NCBI RefSeq assembly: GCF_009834535.1 | Contig: NC_045707.1 | Coordinates: forward strand, 50,036,001 to 50,100,000 | Source: Camelus ferus | Taxonomy: Eukaryota | DNA length: 64,000 bases | Direction of reading: 5' to 3' | In this document: one piece after another, positions 37,801-52,300 of the stretch | Numbering within the stretch: the stretch's first letter is position 1 | Layout of the letters: each line of letters opens with the position of its first letter | Made by a program: the position numbers and the translations under genes | Notes under the pieces: model-generated | Databases searched by the model: none | What the model saw: only the letters and a program-made list of their open reading frames with translations | Told to the model about the DNA's origin: nothing

Positions 37801-39519
37801 ATGGGAAGTTTTGCCTGAGGAATTTACTGGAAATTGACAAGCCAATTTCAAAAGTCATTGTGAATGAGTTAAATGTGCGAGAATAGCCAAGAAAAAAATG
37901 ATAAGAAAAAATTGGAAGAAACTTGTCCAACCACCTCTCAGAACACAGTATAAGACTATAGGAATTAAAATATGGTGATCATGGTACAGGATTAGGAAAA
38001 TAGATTGTAGAAAGCCTAGATGCAGACCCCATATATGTTTTCTGATAAAGATGGCATTTCCAATCAGTGGGGAAGTAGATGAATAATTATTTAATATGTA
38101 GTTAAGATAATATTAAGTAGCTATTTAGTATGTAGTTAAGATAATTAGACTTCTATTTTGAAAAATATACAGTTGAATCTTTATTGCACACCAAACATTT
38201 ACAAAAATTGTAGATGAATTAAACAACTAAACATTAAAACTAGTCTAAGTGATACTGCTTTTCCTCCCAATGCATGGACAGTATATTTAAATGAATGTAG
38301 AGGGTCAGTAGAGCAGTGATTTCTCCCTTTAGTATTTGAATTTTAAATGTGCCATGGACTTAAGTCATTAAAATTCTATGTCTGTCTGGGCCCAGTGCTT
38401 ATTTTGAGTTGTCCCTGGAGCCCAGACTTACTCCATGTGGCACAGAGATAGTGCCCATTACTGTAAGAAGAGGTGAAGAGCTGTGTCCTCTTGTTTGACT
38501 AACTATTGTTTGGGATCGTGCATATCGATTCACAGAAATATTTTTAAGGTGTCTCATCTATTGAGATATATTCATGCTTTCAAAATATAAATTAGTATAG
38601 TCTTTTTAGAAATTAATTTGTAAAATATTTTAGGAGTCTTTGTTATAGTGATTCCACAATTGGAAATTTACCCTAAATACTCTTTTGTATTCAAAAGAAA
38701 AAACTTTGTATTTAAAGATATTGCTTTCATCATAATTTATAATGATGAGAAAATGGAAATCACCAAATTTTCCGAGTAAAGAAAGCTGGTTAAGTAAATT
38801 TAAATTACTATGTAGCCATTGAAAGAGGGATATGTGCAAATAATGAGATGGAAACATGTTTATGTGTGAGGTAAGAGGAGCAAAATTCAGAATTCATGAT
38901 TATAATAAACATGAACAAAAGATAAAGTACCTCTCTTACACAAAACATTTTGTGACTTTGTTGGGTGATAGCACTGTGGGCTTTTTTTTACTTACTATAT
39001 TTCCCAGTTTTGTTTTGTTTTAAACAAGCAATTTGTCCTTAATGAGTAATGAAGAAAACATGTGTCATTTGAAATACCTACATATGCAGATGAAAAACAG
39101 CATTTTTTTAGTGGCAGAAGAATTTTTCTAAAAGTTAAAATTTTTATAGCTCTGTTTTTTTTTTTTTTAATAGTATATATTGTGAGATGACTTATGTTTC
39201 TTTAGGGTGTCCTCAGCCAAAAATAGATGCTAATGAGACAACTTTTCCAACATTATTGGTTTTTTAGCATTAATTTTTAGGGGGAAAATCTGACCTTAAT
39301 TTTCAATTTTTGCTAGTGTTACAAGTGATCTTTGATCATCTGAATTGCAAAATTTTTTTAAATTTTGCTCAAATACATATAATATAAAATTTACCATTTA
39401 ACCACTTTCAAATATATAGTTCAATGGAGTTAAATACATTCATGTTGTGCAAAAAGTTGCAAAGGTTTTAAACATTAACTTTTGTTAGCTATAACATTGT
39501 TAGTCCCAATTCCCTTAAA

Positions 39520-40360
39520 AAGTCTTTTTAAATGCCCTGCATATTTACTGAGGACCTCCTCAGTGCCATGGACTGTGTCTGGGGATACAAGACTGAATAA
39601 GACAGATACGGTTTCTCTCTTCTTGGAGTTTACATTCTGTTAGGGGAGCAAATAGAATGGTTGTAAGTGAGCTTACTCTAAGACACTTACTGGGGAGCAA
39701 ACCTTCTGTGGGAGAGGAGTTCAGAAAAGCTTTTCCTGAGGAACTGACCCTGAACAGAGACTTGAAGGAGCAGTAAAGTCCTCTTAGGAATTTTAAACTA
39801 GGCCGAGTAGGGAGCAGTGTTTGAAGCACAGGGACCGGCATGTGCGGAAACACTTGGGGCTCGGGAAGGACCTGAGAGAAGAGGGGTGTGGTGCCAGGAA
39901 TTGTAAGGTAATGGAGTTGAAGAGACAGGACGGCAGATCCTGGAGGACCTGGCAAGCAGGGGTAAGGATGTCAGACTTTTTCCCAAAGGAAATTAAAACT
40001 GAAGGGTTTTAATCAGAAAACTTTGATTTAAGATTTAAAGATCACTTCTGTTGCTTGTGGAGAATAGAAGACAGCAGGACCTATTAAGGTTTGAAGAGGC
40101 AGGGCCCGATAGTGGATTGGAATGTGGTGAGTGGAGGAGAAAGGAATCAAGCTTGACTCCTAGGTTTCTGGCTTGAGAAACCATTTTCTGAGAAAAGGAA
40201 CACTGAAGAAGGAGCAGTCTGGAGAGGACGATGATGAGTTCAGATCTGAACAAGTTTAGAGTCAGAGGTGCCTCCAGGATATCCAAGAGGAAACGCTTAG
40301 TAGGCAGTTGTACTTATGGGTGGAGATCCCAGGAAAGGAGTCTGGGCACGTAAATGGTAA
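39520..40360 (-). mobile_element. L2 fragment
   Basis: atatttactgag..., aagatcacttctgttgcttgtggagaatag, tcctaggtttctggcttgag, gatgagttcag motifs. Confidence 0.75.
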
Positions 40361-41284
40361 ATGACCCAACAAGTAATTAGCATGTTTTGTGCCATACTTA
40401 AATCTTTTTATATCTCTTTTTATCTGTATTTTGTGTCCCAGCAGTTACAGGAATGAATCCTGTTACTACATTCAACAGATGATTTCTTTCTAATGCTGAC
40501 CAACACTTAAAAAAAAAATAAATGTTTTGCTTATTGCCTTGAACTTCACCTTCAGTATATAAACCCCAAACCCCATCAAAGCAAACTCTGAGACTTCCAA
40601 TTTTTTGTTTTAATGAGTCTATGAAAGTTTTAGGTCTGAATGCAATCCAAACTCTCTCATTATCCAAATAGAAAACAGTGGCCAGGGTGGTTCTTAGTTT
40701 CACAAGGTTGCATAGCTGGGCAGTTGCAAAGTTGGCCTTAGAATCCAGGACTCGGTACTGACTGAGCAGTCTTACTTTCACTGTTTTTTACTGCTTTCCC
40801 CTCTTATTGAATATTTGCTGGCTTCAGAGTACCTCTTACTAACCATATGTTTCTTAAGGGACATCGAACAGTGCCTACTCTGGTCTCAGAGCCCTGAGGG
40901 CCAGAAATGTGGGATTTTGTGGGGGTTTTTGGGGGAGAATATTATTCTTTCTGTATTTCCTTCATTCTTTCATTTTTTCCCCACTATTCCTTTTCTATCC
41001 CTTACTTGAATTCCTTTTTTCTTTTTTTCCCCTACACAGTTGGAGCCAGTGGGTATGGCTGATATTGGATGCTAAATAGATGTCCATCAGCCCTTGGAAT
41101 CCAGATTGGTCCTCAGGGACCATATCTAATTCCTAAATGTGGCATGTCTGCCTCCCAAGTTAAACTTCTAGTTCCTTCTCCCGCTTGGAGGGCTGATGGT
41201 TTGAGTCATAAGCTCTCATCTCAGAAAGCTTAGCCCTTCCTCCATGCAGCTACGTGTCTGGTGGGTGTCGGGGTTGTGTGCCTT

Positions 41285-41400
41285 TGTTGTTGTTGTTTTT
41301 CTCCCAGCTTTACTGAGATATAATTGACACATAACCTTATATAAGTGTAAGGTGCACTCTGTGATGATTTGACACATGTATGTATATATTGTTTTTATAG
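41285..41400 (-). mobile_element. Short L1MA-like 3' end, antisense
   Basis: cagctttactgagatataattgaca...gatgatttgacac after a T-rich tail. Confidence 0.7.
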
Positions 41401-44400
41401 AATATTTGGTCTGATGATAGGGAATATCCAAATGAAATTTTGATTTCCTATGAAAGCACTTTAAAGTTTCTCAGGGATCATGGACCTGTGTGTCTCACTA
41501 GTGAATGAAGAACTCAATGACTGTGCATGTGGACCTACAACTTTATATATAGTTTCAGGAACTCCATAGATTCAAAGTTAAAGAACTCCTGTTATGTGAC
41601 TCTCAAGGACATGTAAACCAGTTTTTCTAGAAAAAAGTTCACGATTTTCCTTTTTTCCTCCAATGAGTACCAATATATTTGAAGGGATTGACTAATAATT
41701 CAGTTAACTTCTCCAGTGCCTTACAGACAGTCCATGTCTGCTGATCCATTAGTCACTGTTGTTAATGTCCATCTCGGTGACACACTCTCTGGATGTTTTA
41801 AAAAGTGGTTGGGTGGTACTGAGTTAGAGAGTTAGAAACTTATTGGTAATGTCTTGGTAGAAATTTTATATCCTCTTAACAGTCTCAAAATTAATAACCT
41901 GGTTAGTTATCGTTTGAGCCCTGACAAAAAGAGGACTGTCCTTTTCTGATAAAAGTCAGGGCAAAGAGAAGCCTGTTTTATTGGTGCTAACCCATTTCTG
42001 TGTATCCAATTAAAAATAAAAGGGAGAAGAAGATACAAACCTCCAGCCCCTCCAAAGGCAAAAAAAAAAAAAAAAAGCAAAACAAAAAAACACCACACAG
42101 AGAGTGTATGCAGGGATTATAATGTGGTGTCCAGAGTGGGTGGCGTGCTTACCTGAGTTCCCCTGGGTTGTGTAGAGCTGGAGGTTGGAACACCCCCTCC
42201 TCGGGCACCAGCTTCTTTCGTCCCGGCCAGCTCCTCTCCTCTCCACTTATCCGAAGCTCACATTACTTTCGTTTCTCTAGTGCTGGGGAAATTTCTCCAG
42301 GCTATAGCCCCCTGCCCAGGATGAATTTCTGGCTGGTCAGGATACCTTCTTTTCCATATTCACAAGTTGTTTTAAAATCCTATTTCTTCTATGGAGCTTC
42401 TCGTGACAAACTGGCACCTTTTTGTTACAAACTGTTTTCTTATTATCTAAAAGTAATATTATTTGTGTGCCTGTCCCTCCATCCTTCTCCTTATAATGAA
42501 AGCCTCATGAGGGCAGGGGTATTATCGATCTCACTCACCACGATATTCCTGTTACCCAGGACGGAGCCCAGTGCCTGGGCTGGCAGGTGCTCAATTAAGT
42601 GTTTGAATGAATTAATGAACGGATATTTTCCCCATCAGCCCCTCAAGGTCTCTGATAGGGTATGACATCAGACACACTGGTTTTTATTAAAGGATAGACT
42701 GGCGGTTAGCCTGTCAGGCAGAGCCCAGTCACATAGCCTCCTAAGAGCATTTGCCTTGTGGTTTCCCTCCACTTCAGAACTTTCTGTGGTTACACAGAAG
42801 CCACACGGAACTTCCTGTGCTCTCATTTGGTTAGTAGAAGAAACCTTTCTTTCTGTCAGAGACTTAAGCAGAGTGGCTGAGAGGTTTGGCTCTAGAGCCA
42901 GACTGGCGGGTTCACATCTTCCTGCCTGTGTGACTGGCGGTTACTGATCCTCTCTACTTGCCTTGGTTTAGTCATCTGTAAATGAGGCTGCAATAGCACT
43001 TGTTTTGTACGGTTATTTTGAGGAGTAAATGAGTTGCTACAGGTAAAGTGTTAAGAACCATTCTAGGACATAGATGCTCAGTAAATGCAGGCAGGATAAT
43101 GGTGATGCTGCTGATGGTGGTGGAGGTATTTGGCCAATAACGTCATAGAGTGAGAATATTTGTACTTTGCTTTTAGTCTGATCATTCCATTTTATTACAT
43201 TGTTTTCACCATTGCTTTCTTAAAATACAAGAATCTGGTCATCTGTTAGAAATATTCTTATTTAAAATGTTCACATTAAGTAATTTTTTAAAAGATAGCT
43301 TGTTAAGAAGCACAGTTTGATTCCTTGCACTAGTTGTTTACAATTATTATGCAAAGTTTATTTTCATGGGGGTACTGAATAGGTTGTTTTCCCCAGAGTC
43401 TATAGACCAAAATAAGTTTCATTTATTTGGAACATTTCTACAATACTATCTTTCATATTTGAATCTTCTTCACTCCTCACATTTTTTTCTGAAGGGAAAG
43501 ATTAATAAAATATGTCATCATACAATCAATTTGAACTACCCAGTGTGGAAGATATTTCCTTGGAAGGTTATTTTCTTGAATTTTTAAAGACTAGTTCACA
43601 TAGAATTTAATTATGCTTCTATATCCCTTTTAAAATATGGTGAATTCATAAATTCTAGATTCAGAGTTTCTGTTAGGAAGAATTATTTTTAGGCCAGCCT
43701 TAAGGACAGGGAGGAAGAGGGAGGGAACAGTGAGAGAGAACAAAAAGAAAAACCTTCAGTTATAATCCACACCCTTAGTTGATGGCTTTTACAGTAATCT
43801 GGCCAAAGAGGGAAACTACAAGTAAAACTGAAACCTAATCAGTTCTATGACCTAAATCTGTGTTTTTTGGGTTTTATTATTACTAAAATATTAAAATGAA
43901 AACACTATTCATAGTTTCCTAATAGTCTAAAAAATTTCATTTTCTTTTTGGTCTTCTGCTCTTCTGTCTCTGTTCTAAAATGGCACTTAAGGGAAAAAAA
44001 GAACCTTGGAAAGGATCTTAAAAGGAGAGAGAGCATAAAAGCAGTAGACAAGATGTCTGAGAATTTTCTCCTTTGGTTTTTGATGAGGCATGTGGATAAA
44101 AGGTGTGTCCATGAAGTTCTGTAGAAGTGAGTTTTCCTATTTTCAGTCGATTGGAGCTGTCTGGCCTCCCCACGAACAGGAAGTTACAGGCTTGGGGAGG
44201 TGATTTTTTTGTTGATATCATCTAATTTTAATTCTCAACTCACCAGTCCTTTTCATTGTTTTACAAAAAGCTTCACTGCAGGGTTGGTAGGATGAGTAAT
44301 AGAGGCTCTCTTGGGTCACATGGATAACAGTGGAAAATGACAAAATAGGAAAAAGAAGTAAAGAGTACTTAAAAAAAAAAACAAGGTACTTGGCTTGGAA

Positions 44401-44463
44401 GCAGTGCAGACCTAGGGCAGAGGCCATGAAACTAAATTATTTAAACAAAAGAGTGAAAGGTGA

Positions 44464-44784
<321 letters not shown>

Positions 44785-44910
44785 TAAGTCCAGTTCTCTT
44801 TTTGCATTTATATGGTTTTGTTTGCTAAGGAGACATTTAATTATTACAATTCAAATAAAGAGATGAGAGTAAAGAGAAATTACAATATTAAACCATCTTA
44901 TTCTTCCTAG

Positions 44911-45026
44911 GTTTGCAAATTTTGTGGCTTTTAACCCTAATGGCACATGCATAGCTTCAGCGGGTTCTGATCATACCGTGAAAATCTGGGATATAAGAGT
45001 GAACAAATTACTCCAACATTATCAAG
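44911..45026 (+). CDS. POC1B: POC1B exon 6 (116 nt; [27 protein letters not shown]...QHYQ)
   Basis: ttcttcctAG acceptor after a 127-nt intron; GTAAC donor. Confidence 0.96.
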
Positions 45027-46140
45027 GTAACAGTTCCCATAACAAAATTCAGTTGTTGGGTGGGCTCCTCTGGGAAATTCTTACACCGACGGACTGTTCT
45101 TCTTCACGTGGGCTCGGTCCTCTTAGGGAGAGTCATGAGCTGCCTTTGGACTGACTAGAGAACAGTTTGCCCCCATCAGCAGCTTGGTCTGAGGAGCTGG
45201 GGTGGGTGCCCAAGTGCAGAGGAAGGTGTGGGGACCTTAAAAATGATGCCAGGGCTGAGATTAAAAAAAAAAAAATTACTGGGAGATTTTCAAACTTTGG
45301 TTATCTGCTTTGTATGAGAAGTATGGGAGAGAAATTAACTCAGAAGGATTTTCATGAGCACAAATAGGTGTTATAGCTGGTAGAAAACAGCATTCTACTG
45401 TGCCTATGTATTGAAGTTAAAAGAGAATTGAATCGATTTCTTAGAGTATAGTGGATTTGTGTTAAATCCACATTTCTCTTTCTTAATAAATATGGTATTT
45501 ACCATGTAGCAGTCACTGTGCTAAATCCTCACAACAGCCCTAAGAGGTATTATTATTATTACCTCCATTTTAAAGATAAGGAAATTGAGGCTTAAAGAGG
45601 CGAAGTAACTTGCTAAAATAATTGATAGAACTGACATGGGTCTTTCTGTTTACAAAGTACATTTTTACAAAGTACATTGCCGAGCAAACTTTTGATCGCT
45701 GTGTTATACTGCCTCCTATTGGAAGGATGGTGTCCAGAAGTGAATTCTCAAGCTGTCAAGACTGCCCTTCTCCAAATCCATCTCCATACTCTTCACCCCT
45801 TGTCCCAAGCCACTAATTGGTCATTACATTTAGTTTAAGGCTAGGTTGTATACCTTATGTGAGCTGGTGGTTATCAACTATTGCTTATACTGACAATGTA
45901 TCTGACAGTTTTTAGTTACATGGTTAATAAGATCATCTTTCCATGACACTCATTTGTAAAGCTATTCTGACTCGTGAGCTAGAAGCTTAAGCTGTTTGAT
46001 ACCAAACTACTTATTTGTTTTGGGGAGCTATAGGGAATTTTGGTGCTGTGGAGACATTGCCTCTAATTGATTCTTATTTCCAACCTAATACTGATAATAG
46101 GGTAAAGGGGCATCTTTAGAATCAAGAATTGTTCTCTTAG

Positions 46141-46305
<165 letters not shown>

Positions 46306-48367
46306 TGAATACTAAGACTTCTGCTTCTTAAATAATATATATTTTACAGTTTTGATCCATTTTATTATATGGCTTTATTGTTTATCCAAGTGTAGTGTAC
46401 ATTGCTGCTATCACAAAATTTATTTTTTGCTTCCAAGGCTATGTTTTTATTCTCTGAAGGCAATTCTTAGGAATATTATTTATTGTAATTCTTGTCAAAA
46501 TCAACATGTATCTTTCAGTGGCCATTAAATTAATCCTCCACTGCTGTCTTCATCAGTATGTAGTATAGGTGTGACCGGTTAAATGGTGATGGGTACGTTT
46601 TCTCCTTACTTCTGATCTTTCCCCTCACATGGAGCCTGTCCCACTAGCTCTGACCCTCTGAGCTTCTCACACCCCGCACTCACTCCTTTTGCTAATCTGT
46701 TTGGTGAGTTTAGAAGGAGAAATCTCTTGGGAGCCTGTCCTCTCTGTTTTCCTCTGATACTTCTTGTGGGGAGGCCTGCTGTTGTCCAGTCTTGTCTGTG
46801 ACTGGATTCTCAAATCTGACTCATTCTGGGATTCAGTTCTAGAAAGCCCATTTGCCCACAGATAAAGCCACATTCTCGCTTTACAAGCCTTCATCAGTAC
46901 CAAAGGTGATATTCCTTTGTCTCATATTTCACTTGGTTTAGAACCCAGTGGGGAAGTGGGTGCTGTCTATGGAGACTGTTCAATCACATACACACACACA
47001 CACTCACACTCACACTCACAAAGATAATAATGAAGGAAAACTTTTTCAAGTGTAGAAACTATTCTTCCTTTCTGGGTAAATACTCAAACTTCTCTAAATT
47101 TTTTAGAATGCATCCTCTTTTTTTTCTTTTTTTTATAAGCGGTACTAGGTACTTCCTTTTAACCAAGTTATAAGCTATTTATATCCAGAAATAGAATGGG
47201 CTTTGTGGTCTAGGGGAGGTTTTTTCCTGCCTTCATATATCCTGCTGGACTTCCTGCTTGCTTTATTGTTTGTTCCGCAGCTGTGTTAGAGTGAAGCAGA
47301 AATAGACACTAACCAGCTCTGACACATGCGTATCCACGGATTTAGGCTGGATAAACAACCAATAAAAGTTGTCAAGGATTTAAATATCCATGGAGGAAGT
47401 ACAGAGTAATGTAAAAAGATAAATACAATAATATCGGAGGAAAATACTACACATGAAGACGGAATTTTTCACAGTCCGGAGGGGAAGGTGTTTATGAGGC
47501 TGTAATAACATGAGTCTACTTGAAAAATAAAAGATGTTCCTCCCCCTCCAAAAAAGTGTTCTCATATAGATAAAGGACATACTGAAAACGAACAGAATAC
47601 ACTAATATTTTTGAGATGAGAAGTCATTACTCTTATCTTGACTGATAAACTGACTGAGAGGTCATGCTGTGACTGTGCCAAGTTGTGGTCTTGTCCGGTT
47701 CCACGGCCATGGCTTAGTTTCATGTTCTCCTTACCTCTCACCCAGGTGACTGCAGTAACCTCCTGTCTGGCCTCCAGCCGTTCATTCTTGCTCCAGCTCA
47801 TCATTCTCACAGTCGTGGTATCAGTGTGCATCGGTCATAGCCCTTCTATCTCTGTCCTGCTCTTAAAACTTTGAGTGGCTCACTGTTGCCCACGTGAAGG
47901 GAGAACTCAGTGAAACCTGTTGTGGTCAGGGAATGATGTCTTGTCACACAGCCTCGTTCCCATCACCTGCAGAGTTCTCATTCAGTTTCTGCTCTGATTT
48001 GTTGAAGAATCCAAAGCCAGAAAATCTTAACAGATCTTTTGTTTTTTATTCGTTTTTAATTTTTAGGTATTATTTATTTTCTTAATAACTTACACACACA
48101 GGCTTTTCTTTAAAAAGAAGAAATGTATGTTTTCTCATTTTTATTAGTATCTCTTTTTCACTTAGTATCATTTAGAGGTGTTTTAATGTAGAGCTGGGTT
48201 GTGTTTTTTGCTTCTCTTTGCTGCATTAGTTACTAGCAACTAGGTATTTTCTCACAGACTTATTATATAGATAGTCTGCATAAATTAGGATGAAAAATTA
48301 ATGCTCCTCTTGGCCGTGAAAACACATTACCAAGTACTTTTTTCTTTTATCTCCCTTTATTTCTTAG

Positions 48368-48517
<150 letters not shown>

Positions 48518-49151
48518 TAGCTTGTATATGTTACAATGATTATCAGTGAGTTTATATTTTAATTTAATGCCAGGAAGTCTGGTATCTCATAGCTGAAATA
48601 GTGCCAGTTCTGATAGTTTTTGGAACTCAAATAGCAGTTATTTTCTTTTGCTCATCTTTACACTTAATTGTACATGAACCTGGAGCCTAATATTGGTGTG
48701 GGCCTTTCACTTGAATTTTTGCCTAATCTATTGGCTGTATGTCTCATTTTTCAAATGTTAAGCTTCTTAAGGGTGGTAAATTTAAATTGTTTGTGTAGGA
48801 AATCTGCATTTATTTGAAATGATCAAAAGTCATTCAGAGCCAGACTTGTTGAATAAAGTGGATGATAAAGCCTAAAACATGATTTTGGGCATTGGGGGAA
48901 AAAAAAAGAGGACTTTAAGGAATAAGGTATTTTCTTAATATGAATTTTATAATGGACGTAAAGGCAATTCAAAATGCTAAATCTCTCCCTACCACCCTTA
49001 AAAAAAGTGTTGAGACGTAGTAACATTGTTGGAATATATATATATAGCCTTTCTGAGTATTTTGAGAGACAATTCTATATGTTAATTTTTTAAAAATCAC
49101 TTCTGCCTGTACATGCAAATCAATAACTGCGAACCTGGTCAATTTTCATAG

Positions 49152-49304
49152 GTCTTATTATGGAGGACTAACTTTGATGAACTGACTTGTAAAGATATTT
49201 TTAAAAGAAACCTCAAAAGATTGCACTTTGATTCACCACCACATCTTCTTGACATCTACCCAAGAACACCACATCCCCATGAGCGAAAAGTTGAAACTGT
49301 TGAA
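49152..49304 (+). CDS. POC1B: POC1B exon 9 (153 nt; [51 protein letters not shown])
   Basis: ttttcatAG acceptor; GTGAG donor; end of the last WD40 repeat plus linker; phase 0-0. Confidence 0.95.
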
Positions 49305-52300
49305 GTGAGTACCTTGTGCGTGTTTGTCCTACCATTTCTAAGTGCACACTTGGGAGCTATTGGTCAACTTAGATGCTTGAAATTATACTTAATTATATAA
49401 AATCTAGTCCTGCTTTAAGACAGCAGCACTTCAAGAAACAATTACTTTTACTAATAAAATAAAACCATAAATAGGATAGTGTGTAACAGTGCTAAAGCCT
49501 CTCTCATATGTGCTTCTTGAAGACTTAGAAATAAAACTTCAAAAATATGTTAATGATAATGGGAAATGAGAAATCAAATCTAAGGCTTCTGGTGACTGTA
49601 AAGGCTGGGCGAGCTTCAGATTCTAGACGTGTTGAGGGAGCTCATATGATGGCTGTCATGAGAAAGGGCTGAGGGACAAGAATTTTTATAACAGTTATTG
49701 AAATAGGTATGTTGAAGCCCTTTTATAACAACAACAAAAAAATCTCATGGACAGTGAAAAGAAGAGATTTAAGCATTGAACCTAATAATCGGGGCTGTTT
49801 TACTGTTTTCCAACATATATTTTCAAATATATTAGTATCTACTTAGCTCGAAATTTTTATTGACAAGTTCCGTTAGGTCCTATAGATTTAAATGTTCTAC
49901 TCCTTTCAAAGAAAAAATTCATCTTTTCTGGATACTTAGCTGGTCTTAGTCTATTTCTTAGCATTGTGCTTGATTCTTCTTAAATTCTTTTCTCTCAGCA
50001 AGAGCTGCTATCAGGAAATCACTATCATCTATTCATCTGAAATCTTCCCCCATCATTGGCAAAGTCTTTCTTTGCTTTTAGAGTAGGTATTTTGAATTCT
50101 TAAGACATCATTTCTAAGTGGCAGTTTACAGCCGCCTCCTGCTTGTTATTCATGCTGTGGTTCCAGACCACCTTCTGTGGCCTCTGGGTCCCTCACCCCA
50201 TGTCAGTTCTTTAATTTTGGTTTGCTTGGTCTTGGTCTTTTCTGTTACCTCAGGCATTTCTGTTAGTCTCAGGGTGTGTGCACGCAAGTACGCAAGTTTA
50301 AGCTTTTATAACTTTTAAACCTTTTGGACTGTTTTCTAGATTTTTTTTAACCTAGCCACATTTTGGAGAGTTCTTTCCTTGTTTTTCCATGATGGTGTTT
50401 ATTTTCAGTTCTTTGCTATAATTTTTATCCTTTCTAACTTCTGATCATCTTTCCATATCCTCTAAAGTGTTTACTGTTGTACTTTACTACTTCTTCGTGC
50501 CACTGATTGTATTATTGTTTTTCCCCTTTGATTTCTTTGAAAGAAAGAATGTAATGCAATTTGTTTTTGGTTCGTCACATTTTTCTTTCAGTTTGTACAA
50601 TTGTAGATGCATTTGTTGATCCTCTGTGAGCGTATGCATCACATAAAATGTATGTGAAATGTATTTTAAATTGACTTGAGTTTCCTTTTCTTGTTTTACC
50701 CAAGCTGGCTTTATTGGCTCGTGATGTTTTTTATTCTAGTGTTTCTGTGGCTCAGCTGGGAGTGATCATTGCTGCTGCCCTCTTGCCGGCTCAGCCGCCT
50801 CCCTTTCCAGAGTTGAGGGTGGCAGAGCTGCAGGCTGAGCCCGGTCTCCTTACTCCTAACTCAGTGATGCTTCCATGACATCACGCCGCCTCAGTGTTAA
50901 GGGCTCAGCCGTCTTCTCTGTGATTTGCTCTCAGCCCCAGCCCACTTAAGAGTGTTAGGCTTTCTTTAAAATGTCAACGAGTTGTCTGAGGAGCTCTGCT
51001 CTGACAGTGCTGCCAGAAAGCAGTGAAACCAGCTGGGTTGCTGAGTGTGGCTAGGTCAGGATGACCCAGGCCATGCGGAGCCACTCTCCACCCATTTTTC
51101 ACATATACACTTAAAAAATCTCCTAAAAACTGGCTTTTCATCTTGGAATTACAATTCAGTTACACTGTACAGATTGATGAGCACTGTGACTAAATTAGGT
51201 TTGTTGCCTTAAGAAAGTCAGCCTCTGTGTACGGTTTAAATTATCTGTAAGCTCATACATACTTACTGAATGGGGATAGAAGTAAAGTTATAGTAGCAAT
51301 TGTAGTATCTATCATTTATCTACCTAGAAACATTTTAGAAAATGGCACTTCTGGGAAAACAGATGTCAGAATATATAATTCAGTTTCTAATCCTAGGGGA
51401 TCAGAGACCAATTCATAAAGAGTTGTGAATCCATTTCTTTCCCTCTTCTTTGTTATGAAAGATGATTAGGGGGAACTAATGCTCTGTCTTCCTAAGCTTA
51501 AACAAGTAATTATGATTTGCCACTCTAAATATGGCTTGTAAAAACGAGAGTGTTGAAGAGAATGTCCTTGGAGAGTATGTAGATTATACACACAGACGGT
51601 CTTTACAACTCCACTTTCTGTTTTTAGCATAGTTAGCAAAAGGCTTGGTACTTACTGGATGCCCAGTAACAGTATTTATTGAACACTTACTAAATGTCAG
51701 CTACTACATTACATTTACTGTGTACTTGAATTAAGTATACTATATGACTTAAATTGGTCAGAATTCAGATTTTGTGATATAAAATGCAGAGAAGTGATAG
51801 GATTCTGCATACGAACAACCAACTATTCTTTTTTTTCTTGAAAATCTCTTATAATAAAGCATGAGTGTAAAGTTTTCTGGACAGAGACCATCTTTAATAT
51901 TATGAATGAATAATTGTTAAATATCAAATTATTTTTAAAGACTTTAAATGAATGTCTAGTAATCCCTCCCAGAGCCAAAAGACTCTTAATTTTAAAATAT
52001 CACTTAGAATAGAATAGTATGAATCAGAAGTTGTATTGTGTTCATTTAAGATGAGCAAATTTTACTTTGAAATACTAAATTGGATAGATTAGATTTTTTT
52101 CCAAAGCTTTAGGCAAGGTCAGTTTACATACATTACTTTGGAAATGTCTGGAAACTAGCAAAACTTTTTTTTTTTTTGAGGTCAGAGTTCCTGATTAAAA
52201 GAGTGAAAACATATTCCTAGATGAGGTGAAATCAGTGGCATCTAGGTGACCTAATTTCCCTGACTTCTCTTTTTGCAGTAACCACGAATGTTTCATTTCT

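Noticed and set aside
42168..42665. 165-aa ORF in intron 4
   Set aside because: Runs through L2 3'-end sequence, has a non-ATG start and no recognisable homology.
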